Shown here piece by piece: positions 37,511-50,274 of a stretch of DNA of 64,000 bases. The stretch spans positions 1,736,001-1,800,000 of the forward strand of contig MU057711.1 of the NCBI GenBank assembly GCA_013265495.1, written 5' to 3'. Made by a program: the position numbers and the translations under genes. Every line of letters starts with the position of its first letter. Positions within the stretch are counted from its first letter, which is position 1. This DNA comes from Vicugna vicugna. Taxonomy: Eukaryota. The notes beneath the pieces were generated by a model. That model saw only the letters and a program-made list of their open reading frames with translations, had not been told where the DNA came from and did not search any database.

Positions 37511-40500
37511 TGGGGGCTGATGAATACTATATGGGTTGATATCAGACGGACAGTAGTCATGCACCAGCACCTCTTAACCTGAGGCCACAGCACCAGAGTA
37601 TGAACAAGGCAGTGACCCAACAGACTGCTCCCATCAGAGCTGCGTGAGAGTCCCAGGCTGGCTTCCCTCTCATCTTGGGTTTTGTTCGTTCCCAAATATG
37701 CCCTGTGGCTCTTCTCATCCTCTGAGACAGAGCAGAAGTGGTACCTCTTCTCCAAAGCCCTCTCCTTCCCCAAGACAAAGCCAGATCTTTCTATCCTAGT
37801 GGGTCTCTCAACTGATTTGCTAGTCATCCCCTCCCGCGGGATTATAAATGTGAGAGTGGAGATTTTGCCCCATCAACTCCAAGGCCCCCACAGTTCTCAG
37901 CTCAGTTCTCTGCACCGAGAGGGGCTCAGTTAATATGCCTACAATTGACTCCAATGTCCCAAACCGAGACTTCCAAGGACACCAGTCTCCCTCCTCCCCT
38001 CCTGGCCATAAGTAAAGAAGAGTCCAGCCACCAGGCTGCAGAATTAACCACCTGCAGTTACTTCTTTATCCACAAGAGAGCACAGTCTTGGAGCGCCACA
38101 CAAATTCTTTTGTAAATGCCTGGTGTACTTACAGAACACTGTATAACTCAAAAATTATAATTAAAATGTCTTAGCTCCTGTATTTATAGTAACATTTAAA
38201 CTCCTGTGCTTTCTTGAAGTCAGTCATTTACTCCAGAACAGCACACTTTATGGTGAACAGATCTTTGAAACAGTACCACGGGGATCCAGCCCAGGCCCAT
38301 GTAACTCAATATATGTCAACAGCTGTAAAAATATTGGTGGGAGAAGGCAGGGAAAAAAAGCCAGGAGCCCAGATCAAGTGCCCTGTCTCTCACATCTGAC
38401 TGTTTTCAGCTGCTCCCTCCTCTTCCAAATAATTGGGCCATTTTGGTGCCCGCTGTCACACAAGGCAGGCCCTCTTTGAGGCTGGATGATCAAAAAGGTT
38501 ATAAATGAAAATGATTTCGATGTTGGCGGCCTGGAGAGTGACCAGGGCGTGCGCGGCAGCAGAAGGGCCTGTTCTAATCTTACCAACTGCACACCGCCTT
38601 CCCAGAGTATTCCTAGGGCGCGAGCAGCTCCCCAGGGTGAGGCCATGGTAAATTCCACCTAATCCCTTCTGCATACAAATGAGCGCCTGGCAGGAGGAAC
38701 GGGGGCCAGACGCTGCAGCCCAGCGCCTGCTCCTCCTCCGCGGGTTGGCTGTCTTAGCTGAACAAACAATCGGGCGACAGTGGAGAGGGCTGCAGGCTGG
38801 GTGGAACCGGACGAAGGAAGCCCAGGGCTGGGCAGGCAGTGCCAGGTCAGTGCCTCTGACCCCACAGCCTGGCAAGGGCACACAGGCGCTTGGGTGTCAG
38901 GGGCGGCATGGCCAGAGGCTGGACCAGATGAAGGGACGGGATGTTCATCAACCCAAGGGCAGTGGGAGCTACCTCTGTTCCAGGGCTGGGGGAGCTCTAA
39001 GGCGATGTGGTAGTTAAGTGGGCACCCAGTCCTTCCAGAGGCACAGCACTGGGTTCACTGAGATGTGGACCAGGAAGGGCACGCTGGTGTCAGAGGGCCA
39101 CCCATGAGATGAAAGGAGGCCCACAAGCAGGAGTCCTGGGGAAGGGCCAGGAGGGAAGAGACGCCATGCTGAAATCTTCCTCAGCACCAGCCCTTCAGTA
39201 CTACCCGGACACATCGGGACTTGCCATACAATTGACTAAGTCAAGTGCTGGATGCTAAATTTGAGGGGGGGGGCCAGGCCTGGGAATCTGGGGCCCTAAA
39301 GCAGTAGAGGGGCCAATCCTCAAATAGGGAGACAGCCCAGAGAGGGGATGGGATATGTATCTGATCACAGAGAAAGGGAATGGACCAAAGTCACACAGTG
39401 TCACTTTGCAGTGCGAGGGTCTCTGAAGTCAGTTTGCCTTCAGTAAGATGGAAGCAAGGACTGTTCTTGAAATCAATTCCAAGCCCCGCGGTCAACTCTC
39501 CAGGGCAGGTGCTCAGAACTTGGACTCATGGACGGACCTCACAGGGACAAAGCCCACAGCTGCACTGTATTCGACCCTCACAACCTCTGTGCAGTGCTTG
39601 GGGCAACTTAAATGAGTTGATATACGTACAGCATTTAAACTGTGCTGGGCACGTGGGCACACAAGAAGCATTAACTAGTGCTGTGATGTTGACTCTGCAG
39701 GGGTAGAAAAGTCCCATGGCACCAATACAGGTGCATGGTCATTGCTCCGGGCTGGCTGGCCGAACAAAGGCTCTGAGTCCCTTCCCAGTTGGGTGGTCCA
39801 GGATGAGAGCAGGCCCAGATGTGGCCCAGGGGACCCTCCCCAATGTGGAGGGGACACCATTCCTTCGCTCAACAGTGGGACCTATCAGAACTAAGCACAT
39901 GTACACATCCCAAAAGTGATCATGGGCCCGATTTTCCCCATGGAGTCATACACACACACACACACGTGTGTGTGTGCTCACACATCCCACATCCACATTC
40001 ATGAAAATCAGCAGGAATTGCGCATTTTGAGGACCCAATTAGGCTCAGTGTGTATTTGACAACCTTTCAACCTCCAGAAGACATTTATTTTTACAACACT
40101 CTCCAGCTGAGAAATTACTAGGTTCCTGCCCATCCCTGAATCGTCTTGGCATCTGAGCACCAAGGTGCATCCAGGAGTAGGGACGGGGGACCCACTTGGT
40201 GAGGCCTGGAGATGGCTGTCATGACCACTTGGAAAGAGAGTCTCGGAGGGGGGACTCTTCAAGGTGGGGCCATGTCCTGAGACCCTCAGGAGCCTTGGGA
40301 ACCCACTCCTGGCCCAGGCTGCCCCCAGGATGGATAATTCTGGAGGTCGAAGTGCCTCTTACACTTTCCATCATGCCTTGTGCCCCTCGGCTCCTCAGGG
40401 CCACTCTGAGAGGCAGGTGTGTGTCTGGGGTTAGGGTGCTTTCCGACTCACAGAAAAGGAAACTGAGGCCCAGAGAGGTCTATGACCTGACCTTTGACCT

Positions 40501-42323
40501 TGCTTCCCAGCTTAGCACTTGTGGCCATGCTCTGTCTGGTAACCTGAAAAACCTAGGTGAGACAGGCAGGGGGCCTCTGAGTTGAGGGATCAGGGAATGG
40601 GAGCATCGGAAAGAAAAAGAAAAGAAAGACTTCCTTGGTGATGGGGCAAGGGGAGCAGGGTCAGATGGCTAGAGACTCCCCCCATTCTTACTGGGCAGAC
40701 CCAGTCAACTTCCTCATCAGGCTCTGCCTGTAGAAATTACTCCAACCCAATCACATCCCACCATCACCGACTTACCTCTCTACCAAGAGCTTCCCCAACT
40801 CCCCCTACTTAAGAGACTAGGACTTCACATCCTTACTGAGGAAAAAAGAGGTTGGCAATGAGCCATTTTCCTGTGGATGGCACAACCTACTCCCAGCTCT
40901 GCTAACCAAGCCCCATCCTTTGTGCCTGTCTGTAAACCAAGGGCTCCTGGCACCAGGACCAGCAGGACGTCCCTGGGCAATGACACTGAAGACCTGTGGG
41001 CTTCTTGAGTATTTCATAGTAGGGCCCCTCATTCACAAACATCTTCAAAGATGAGTGAAACCAAGGCACCATGCCAGTTAAGTAAACCTGTGGACCTTCC
41101 CCCAGGAGACAATGTCCCTGATCGTGGGTTTACCAAGTGAATGATCACGATTTCAATGCCAGCCTCTCTCTGACCCTTGGCCCCCTCAATGTCATGGCGA
41201 TGCTGCATGGGTGAAAGGTGTGCCCAGAAACAACCCCACCCCATCACAGCAGCCTGGGATGGAGGTACCAAGCAGAACATGCGCTCTGGGCGGCTGTGTC
41301 CGCACCTTCGACTCTGTTATCTCACAAGCAGCAGGTTGGCGATTAGCAAAATAGCAATAGTGTCGAAGCCAGTGACAACTGACATGGTCGTGACGGTGAT
41401 GACAGCCGTCACCTGGAGCCGTCAAGCCTGCTTCTGCCCCCACTGGAGTCCCCACATAGGCAGGAGCTCTAAACATTTTAGGGCAACTTGGCCAGTCATT
41501 TCCGTGAATCTTTACTGCCTGGACAGATTAAACCCAGGCCCCAAGTGGCTCTCCCAGTTGACAATTTTTCTTTCAAAAAGGCAGAAGTTGCTGTGAGCCA
41601 AGTTCTTGCAGCCGAATTCCTGGATACCGTTTCCAACTATTCCAATCAGCCGGCTCTGCGGTGGGGCTGGGATTTCAAGCTTGCCACAGTATGAAGTCCA
41701 GTTTGGGCTATATTCCCTTCCCTCTCGCAGCGTGATGAAGGTTTCCCCGCAAAATCAAAAGGCTTACTGTCAAGTTTTCGATTGGTCTGGGCTCCGCGCT
41801 ATCATGCGTGTGGTGATGGGGAGGAATATGAATGCAGGGCCAGCTCCACCATGGGGCCTGGAGGCCTCATCCAAGCTGTCCAGGGACCTTATGAAAGTGG
41901 AGCGGAACTCTTTTCACGTATATTCCAACTAATGAAATTCCCCAGACGCGCCACAGTGTGCAAACGCAGTGTAAAAAAGAACAATGGCTGGATAAAAACC
42001 AGGCAAAGTCCACCGAGCGCACGGAAGACAAGCGGTGTTGCTGATGCAAGGGGAGGCCAAGCCCAGATTCCGCCCCCTCCACCTCTCCTTTCCCTTCTGT
42101 CTTTTTCTCCTTTTGCTTTTGGAACCTAATGAAAATAAAGTCACCATGTTTCCAGGGGAGGAGGTCTGCTCTTTAATCGCATAAACTATACGTGAAAGTT
42201 CACCAAAGGAGGCTGACAGGTGGGAAAAAACACACAGATGATTCTCGGGTCCAAACGGATGGATATGATCTACGTCTCTTTTTTTCCCTTAAAGCAAAGA
42301 CATGTATAGGCACACATGCAAAC

Positions 42324-42554
42324 CAGTGGTGCGCTGGACCCAGCTGGTACTGGCTCCCGAGAGCTGACTGTGGGCTTCTCTTCCCAACCCCACGCTCAGT
42401 GAAGTCAGCTTGGGAGCTTGCAATCAGCCTTGGTGGGAGTATTTACACTACAGAAATTGGCAAACACTACAAATCAGGATTCTCTCTCTCTCTCTTTTTT
42501 TTTTTTTTTGCAGACAGCTCATTGTTAAATATTTACTAGCATATCACACCACTG
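42324..42554 (+). mobile_element. MER63 hAT-Blackjack MITE
   Basis: Terminal inverted repeats CAGTGGTG...CACCACTG and internal ggtgggagtatttacactacagaaattggcaaacactacaaatcagg. Confidence 0.85.
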
Positions 42555-43479
42555 TGTGTATGGGTGGATGGATGGAGAGATATATAGATGTACACAGATA
42601 TAGACATATACACGTGTACATATAGTTTATAGGTAGATATACATCTATATATGGAGAGAGAGATTACATGCATACAGTATTCACATTTGCATGTTCCCTC
42701 TAATTCATAATTTCTCTTTAAATAATTTTTGAAAGCAATACTAGAACCCGGGATCCCAGTGACTCTGTATGCTTTTATAATAAAAAAAGAAAGGAAAACC
42801 AACCTGTTCTCCTCAAATAAAATAGCAAGAGCTAAATTGATTCCTTTTTGCCGGGCATTAACTTTCTCCCATTACTGCAGATTTGCTGCACTTGTATTTT
42901 CTTCCATCCCCAGAATTAAACACACTTCTAATTTCTCACTTCAGGTGCATTAAGTGTGGTATAGGGCACAAATGAATAATTTTATTGATAATAAATTTTA
43001 TAATCCATGCAGCACTTGCTGAAATGGATGTGTCTAGATGCATTCATTATTTCTCCTAATTTGAAGACCACAGGATTGCAGCCGCCCCGCTTGCTGAGTC
43101 TCTGGTAATTGCTGGCTATTTTCTACCGGTTTGAGGCCTGACTGACAATCCAGGCACATGGCTCTGCTTTATGTGGATAAATTACAATAACCAGTTTATC
43201 AGATTATTACTTTTATTCATTTAAGAGACGATACAACATTGGTGAGTGGCTTCTGTCTCCTGCAGACAGAAGCTATCTTGCCAGCTTAATGGTGCTGTGA
43301 GAAACCAGATATATGACACCTCGCTAAAGGCAATGGCTCTACACACTCTCCCCAAATCAAGCAACTGAAATGTGGATGGGAAGAAGCCACTGCAGGGAAG
43401 GAGCCCGACTGAGATGAGACGGGAGACGCAGGGGAAAAGACCAAAGAATTCTTGGTTGGTTTTGAGCTTGCTTGGAAAA

Positions 43480-43710
43480 GATGATGGTTAAGAACAGGGT
43501 TTTGACATCAGACAGACCTGATCTCAGTCCCAGCCAGCCCACCTAGATCCATGTAACCCTTATAGAAGTCAACTCCCTGACCCTCTGTTTCCTTATCAGG
43601 AAAACAGAGGCAAAGTAACACCTTCCCCTTAGAACTCAGGAGGATGGATGGTACAATGTGTGTACAGTACTTGGCACCTGGTAAATACTCAACCGATGGC
43701 AGCTATTGAC
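43480..43710 (+). mobile_element. MIR SINE
   Basis: tggttaagaacagggttttgacatcagacagacctg...tggcacctggtaaatactcaa. Confidence 0.8.
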
Positions 43711-43979
43711 TCTTACTGGGCTTCTACACTGAAGAGGAAGTCAAAAAAGCCTTTAAATCAAGTAAGAATTGCCAAAAAGTACAGAGTTTGGAGTCTGGGT
43801 CCAAGAAAGCTGTCTATGATTGTACTGGCAGCCTGGGGTGAGTTCCCCACCATGGGAGGCATTCAAGGAAAGCTGGGCATTTGTGGAGGAGACTCATGAA
43901 TGGAGACTCATAAATGGATGCTAGGATTCTTGTCAAATTACCCTAGATTAAAGAGGAATTTGACCAAATTGCTCACATC

Positions 43980-44190
43980 CATTGGGTACTTACAATGCCC
44001 ACATGTAGTAAGTATTTTACATGTTTTTTTTTAATTTAATCTCCACCACAGCCAGATGAGAGATGCTCATTATCCTCATTTTACAGATAAGGAAACAGAG
44101 GCACAGGAGGTTAAGCAGCCTGTCCAAAGTCATGCAGGCAGCAAGAGGCAGAGCTAGGACTCAAACTGGGGTGGTCTGCCTTCCAGAGCT
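43980..44190 (-). mobile_element. MIR SINE
   Basis: attatcctcattttacagataaggaaacagaggcacaggaggttaag. Confidence 0.9.
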
Positions 44191-47139
44191 GGGTCCTGGG
44201 CCCGTATGCCTGTCTGCACAGCTCCCACCCACAACCTGTGGGCCACAGTGGACCAAGCCAATGTGGCACCTGCCTGCATCCCTGCCTCGACCCAGCCTGC
44301 CACTAAATCCACCCATCCCACCAGTAGGGCCAGCTTGGGAATCCAAGCAAACACCTGATTGCACATCAGGAAGGAAGCCACCATCTCCACATTGGCTCAG
44401 GAGCCTCAAATCATGCCACTGACAAACAGAGCCCATTTCCCACCATCTGATGGGCAGAGGAAAAGCATGGTGACTGTAGAACCAGACCTCTTACCAGCAC
44501 AGAACTGTCCCAGTGGATGTGTGACACCAGCAGCATTTACCAGCAAGCTTTGCCTGGATTTGTATTTCCTCGGTAACTAAGTGCACCTGATACTTATATA
44601 AGCCCCGCCCCCCACCCCCAACATACGGCCAATGGCCTGCATGAATGAGAATGCAGGAAATGTTTGTCAAAAGGATGAGTTCACTGTGATGTGCCACATA
44701 CACAACTGCAACTGAATTATGGGCGTATGCTGTCCTATTTATAATCATAACGGTAGTAACAGTTTAGTTGAATGTATTCCTTTTTTTTTTTTTAGTAAAG
44801 ACCCACCTGGCTCTTCCAGTGGGAAGCATTTTGCTTTTTGCAAAAATAAGAACTTACCAAAAAAAAAAATAAGAAAAAAGAAAAACATACACAGATTTCT
44901 AACCTTGGAATTCTGATTTTTCTAAGTGGCCCACCCACCTCCAGCCTCGAGTTAGACTCAGGGGCCAGAGCCAGACTTCTGTCAAAGCCTTTCTCATCAC
45001 AAGAGAAAATGTCTCTCAAAGGCCTCAAAATCGAAGTCCAAAAGCCAGGCCTCCATGCCTAGAGGGGAACCTGGTAGCAGATGAGTCTGACAGCGAATGC
45101 TTCCTGGGTGAAGGCAGACCTGGGCAGCCCCCCAACCCCAAGGGCCACTATGGCATTTTAGCCAGGGAGCCGGGCATGGTGTGGTGGTATTGAGCTCTTG
45201 GGGCCCTTTGGACATAACATGAAAACACTTAGATATCCTTATTCATGCAACTCCCAAGCCAGCTGTCTGGAGCAGGGCACAGACTGGGGCTGGGATGCTG
45301 TGCCCCGGCACGGGGACCACGTCTGCAACGGTCTCTTTGTTCCTGGCCCCACAAAGTTCCCGGTCCCCAAGGGACACCCCCCACCCATCACCTCCTCCCC
45401 TGTGTTCTAAATCCCCAGCATTCTGCCGGTGCCCCTCCCCACTCTCCTGATGAACAGCCGGCCACCTCATTTAGAAAGCTAACTTTTCTCCGAGTTCCAT
45501 CCTGTTCTTGAGGTTTCGGTTGGAAACTTGGCCTAGATGACAGCTGTGTGGGCCTCTCCCCAGCTCGACCCAGCAGGAGTTCTAATACACTTCATTCTGG
45601 GGCTGGTTGCTGCTTTTAATCTATCAGCACGGCGCCGCAGCTGCTGTAAGCTAGCTGAAAATTGTCTGCATACGGGGCGAACTGTTTGTAACCCTTTTCA
45701 GTGCAAACGTGCACTTCAGCAGCAATGCACCGGCCCGCTCTCCCCTGCCTAGGAGATGTGCGGGTCCAGGGGCCGAGGTCTCCCCCGACACGGGAAGCTT
45801 CCCCACCCGAAAAAATCAGGACACTTTCAGAACTCATTGGCTTGAAATTCTACCTTCCTGACACAACTTCTTCACGAGCTTTGGCCAGAGCACCATGGAC
45901 CCCCGTAACAAGGGCTTGGCCCCGGGACTCCTCTACCTGGCACTTGGCTACGATGCTTGGTGAGAGGAGGGGCTTTCCTCCCCAAGTAAGCAGGTTCAGG
46001 TGAAAAGAGGGCCTCCCAGCGGCTGCCATCCCCAGGCCCAAGGAGGCCTGGCCCAGGGCAAAGCCACCTGATTCTCAGTCTGCTGGTGCCATCAACTGTA
46101 AAGGGCCTTGAGTGGATCCTCTCGGCAGCATCAGGCCCAACGGGGCTCCACCAACACAGTAGGGAGGGAGGAATGGAAACCCTCGCCAAATATGAATAGT
46201 TCCCGTTCTTACAGAATAGCCAGTACCCTTCAGGCATTAAACACAATTTTAGATGTCAATAGAAAAAGGGGGGGGAGAGAAAATAGGAAAATAAAAAGGA
46301 AAGGGGAAGGATGGATGGAAAGAGGAGGAAGAGAGAGAGGGGAGGGGGAGGGGAGAGGAACAAGGAAGGTGCTCCCACCAAAGAGCACTGTCTGCCCATC
46401 CCCCGACTCTGTCCTCTGACCCTTGGTGGTCAGTGGGAAAAGGCCCAGGCCTCCTTCTGTTTGCAGTGGAGATGCTCAGAGGAGAAGCCCCTCCCCACCC
46501 CTCACCCCCAGACATCATCGCTGAGGAGGAGAAGGCAGGCTCCCTGGCTTGTCCACCAGGCACGGTGTCTGGACGCGTTCACAGCCCCTGCTCCCTAGAG
46601 CAGGCATGGAGGGGCCCTCCTCTTTACCCGCCTTGGAGGGCCCGGACTCCTCCCTCCCTGCTCATCGGCCATTAGATTTCTGTTCACAGAGCAGCACCCA
46701 CAGGAGTCTGGGTCACCAGCCAGGGCAGTCCCCACACCCAGTGCCTGGAGCAGATGGGTGCAGATTACCCGGCGCCCTAGCCCTGGCCGGCTCCAGCACA
46801 GGCTGGAGGAGGAGGGGCTGTTACAGACTATGTGGCCCAGAGAAAAGAAGGGGCTGGGGGGAGGGCAAGGGAGGTGGGCCCACCTCCCCAAATCAGTCCA
46901 ACTCAAAACCCAGTCTTCCCTCAGAATTGATACGGCAGCAGCTGTATCTCTTTCATTTGAGTAATTATCATATAATTAAGTGCATGAATTACAAGAGAGC
47001 CAAGGCATTAAATTAAAATATTTAATGCTTGTAAATCTGAAAATGATTACTGTGCTGATGCGCAGCCAGTGAGAAGTGAGGCTAATGGCTCAGCGGCCAG
47101 GGCTGGGAGGCGGTGGCAGGGCTGAGCTTCACCTCAGAA

Positions 47140-47520
47140 GGCAGGGAGGGGGAGGGAAGGGCTGGGGGGAGGATGAGGGTGAGTGGGGGAGGGATGAGGG
47201 AGGCTTGGGGGGAGGATGGAGGGAGGACTGGAAAGCAGGACTGAAGGAGGAGGATGGGGGACTGAGAGGGAAGAAGGGTTTGAATGGAGGAAGGATGGGG
47301 GAGACTGAGGGAGGATGTGAGGGAGGACTTCGGGGAGGATTGAAGGGAGGATGCAGGAGAATTGGGGACAGAACTGAAGGAGGAGGATGGGGTGACTATG
47401 GGGGAGGAAGGGAGTAATGGGGGGAGGTCTGGGGAAGCACTGAGGGGTTGGATGGCGGAGGACCGAGGAGAGAACGGGGGGGAGGATGGGGGCGGAGCAG
47501 CAAATTGGAGAGGGGGCAGA
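47140..47520. repeat. G/A-rich low-complexity tract with repeated actgaaggaggaggatgggg-like units
   Basis: Many G3-G7 runs on the + strand. actgaaggaggaggatgggg occurs at about 47240 and about 47372. Confidence 0.85.
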
Positions 47521-47749
47521 CCGACTACAAATCTCACAGCTGCCTCACCCAGCAGAGAGATGCTCATTCTAAAATGAGGTCCACGTGTTCTGAGGCCCCC
47601 AGAGGCAACAAGGGAATGGACAAGGGGTAAGACAGGGTCAGCTCACTGGGAATCTCACAGGCTGTTTGTAAGTCTCTTGAGAGAGAAAGGAATAGGGCCA
47701 AACTTGAAGACATCACTCACAGGTACACTTTTACCCTTTGGAAAGTGTT

Positions 47750-47880
47750 CACATTCCTGTGCAGACAAATGAGGAAACTGAGGCACAGAATAGAAGGGAG
47801 ACTTGCCCAAAACTCTGCAGCAAGTCAAAGCCGGGCTGGGACTCGTGCCAAGGCCTCGGACAACCTGAACTTCCACACTT
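47750..47880 (-). mobile_element. MIR SINE
   Basis: acaaatgaggaaactgaggcacaga...gacttgcccaa. Confidence 0.85.
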
Positions 47881-48599
47881 GGGAAGCTGAGGTGCGCCAG
47901 CTCACCTGGCTTTGGCTGGCTTTGATGTGACCCAGGATGGCATTAGCTGATCCTTTCATTTCCCAAACCAACCTGTCTGCCTCTTGGGACAAAAAGGAGG
48001 TCCAAAGCTCCCACAGCTATGCCCCATGATGCCGACAAATAGTTCCACAAAGCAGGAACAGGGGTGAGCTTTGGGTTTCTGCCCAGAAAACACCACAACA
48101 CTTCCCAGACAGAGCCAGGCTAGAGAGATGCCAGCTGGGTTCAAAAGGAAAAGCAAGACCTGCCGTCTCAGTGATGGTTCACGGCGGCCACACAGGAATG
48201 AGACCGCTGGTGGCCTGGAGCAACACTCCCATGTTGAGTCCTGGAATGGCCCCATAGGGACAGCTGGGGAGGGTGCAAAGAGTGGACGTCCAGTCCAGAT
48301 GTAAGAAAATCAAGTGCATGAGATGTCAGGAAACAAGAGGATGAGGGGGCCCCCTCTGCCCACTTGGCCTCCACCAGAATTCATCGTTTCTTGGCCCAGA
48401 AGACCCCTCTTCCCATGGATCCACCCTGTTGTGGGTGGCCAGCATCTGACCTCTCACTTGAGAGCTCAAAGTACTCATGACCTGCAGGGGAGAGCTGGCC
48501 CTCACTCCCCTGAAGCTGACTTTAGTTTTATTCCTGTCAGCATCTAGTCTCCTTTCTTCTGGAAACAACTACCCAGAAGTCCTTCCAGGAACCTCCACC

Positions 48600-48997
48600 A
48601 GAGGCTGACTCTGCCCCATCCCACCCCACTCCACCCCACCACTCCCCTAAGTGAGCATGTGAATCAGGCCTGGCCAATCAGTGTATTCCATGCTTCTGGT
48701 AAAGTGATTGGTTCAGGGATGAACATGTGACCGTGACCGTGGCCTGGCCAATCAGAGACTATCTTCAGATAGGGGCTAGAATACTCTTGCCCCTGGGGTT
48801 GTAGAGCTAATAGTGCAAGCCTGGAGGGGCTGGTGTCCTTTTTCCCCTGCGTAGGGAGGCCTTGTTCTGATGGCGGGCCCACCTGGGCCTTGAGAACTGC
48901 CCGTTTCAGGTTCAGTAAACCCATTCCCTTGGTTCCTTCTTGAGCTAGTTTAAGGCAGAATCCGGGGTCCTGCAACTGGAAAAAGTCCTGACAAGTG
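48600..48997 (+). mobile_element. ERVL LTR16/LTR33-like solo LTR
   Basis: Two ggcctggccaatcag blocks around gtgattggttcagggatg, and 3' end gctagttt...tgcaac...agtcctgac. Confidence 0.7.
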
Positions 48998-50274
48998 TGC
49001 TTCTCCTAAATCTTCAGTTCCTCCCAGAAAGGGATTTGTCCCTGTCTGTCTGTCTGTCTGTCTGTGTGTCTCTCTTTGTCCCTCTCTCCCTCCCTCTGCT
49101 CGTCTTCCCTACAGTACCAAGTACAGTGATATTCTGAACTAATGCATGAATGAATACACGTGTTCCCTGCTCAGGCAAGTCCTTTGGGACCAGCAAGGGT
49201 TGCCATCCACCTCCCACCCCTACTCCTATCCCTGTCAGCCTCTCCTGAGCACTACAAAAAATTCACAACCTGCCTGTTTCTGTGGAAGAGCTAATACTGG
49301 ATGTCACTCTGCTTAAGCCACAATGGGCCATAAGCCTCCTGTCCCAAAACATACAGGGAGCTCCCTGAAGGCAGGGACCTCATCCCAGCCTCCTTCTGGA
49401 GTCCCCACAGCTGGTCACAGGGCTTCCCACCTCCAAACCTTTGCTGTCCATGTCTCCTGTCTGCAGTGACGCCCTCCCTCCTTAGGGAGTCATGTCCAGC
49501 CCTGCCAGCACCTTCTAGGAAGTTTCCCTGGAACACTATCTCTCCAAATACATCACTCCCTCCAGGAAACTCCCCTGGCAGTTGCTGTAACCCCACTGGT
49601 GCAAGGTCATGATTTCTCCCGAATTCACCCGCTGCTCTCCACCACCATGGCCAGCACCCCCCACTTCAGGCCACCATCTTTTCTTATATACCTGACAACA
49701 GCCCCCTAAGCAATTTCCCTTCTTTCAGGGATGGTGAGCTTGTTCGGAATGAGCCTTTCATGGACTCCCTGGAGAAGGCAGCAGCTAAGGGTCAGACGGC
49801 CCCACAGGGAGGGCAACAGACACATCAGACTAGTGGACAACCCAGTGTGACTGCAGAAGAGAAAATGGTCTGCACCGAGCAGATGCCCGATAAGGGTCAG
49901 GTTTGGAAGGCATGTCTTGCTGAGTGGTGGCGGGACAGATAAAAGGAGGGTAGCTTTTGAGTCCCACAGGCTTGGGTACAAAACCCAGCCCTAAAACATT
50001 CTGGTTATCCACATGGCCTCTGCTGGGTGACACTTTTTCACCTGGAAAGTGAAAATAATAGCAAGCTTATTGCAACAATCATGAAAAATGGATGTTAAGC
50101 ATCCACTCTGGGTCTTCTATGACACACAGTAGGCATCTGATCAGCAGCAACTACAATCATGGTGACGGTGGTTGTGAATGTCCCCAGCCTGATGAGTGAA
50201 GGCCCTACAGAAAACACTGGCACCTTAATGGGCCTTTCTGAATTGAAAGTTTAAATAAGTGAATAACACAGCCC

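Noticed and set aside
45885..45905. REST/NRSE-like AGCACCATGGAC, and a TTCAGCACC half-site at about 664
   Set aside because: Key GGACAG or TCAG positions are missing, so these are only partial matches.
47076..47567. Gly-rich and Ser/Pro-rich ORFs
   Set aside because: Translation artefacts of the G/A-rich low-complexity tract.
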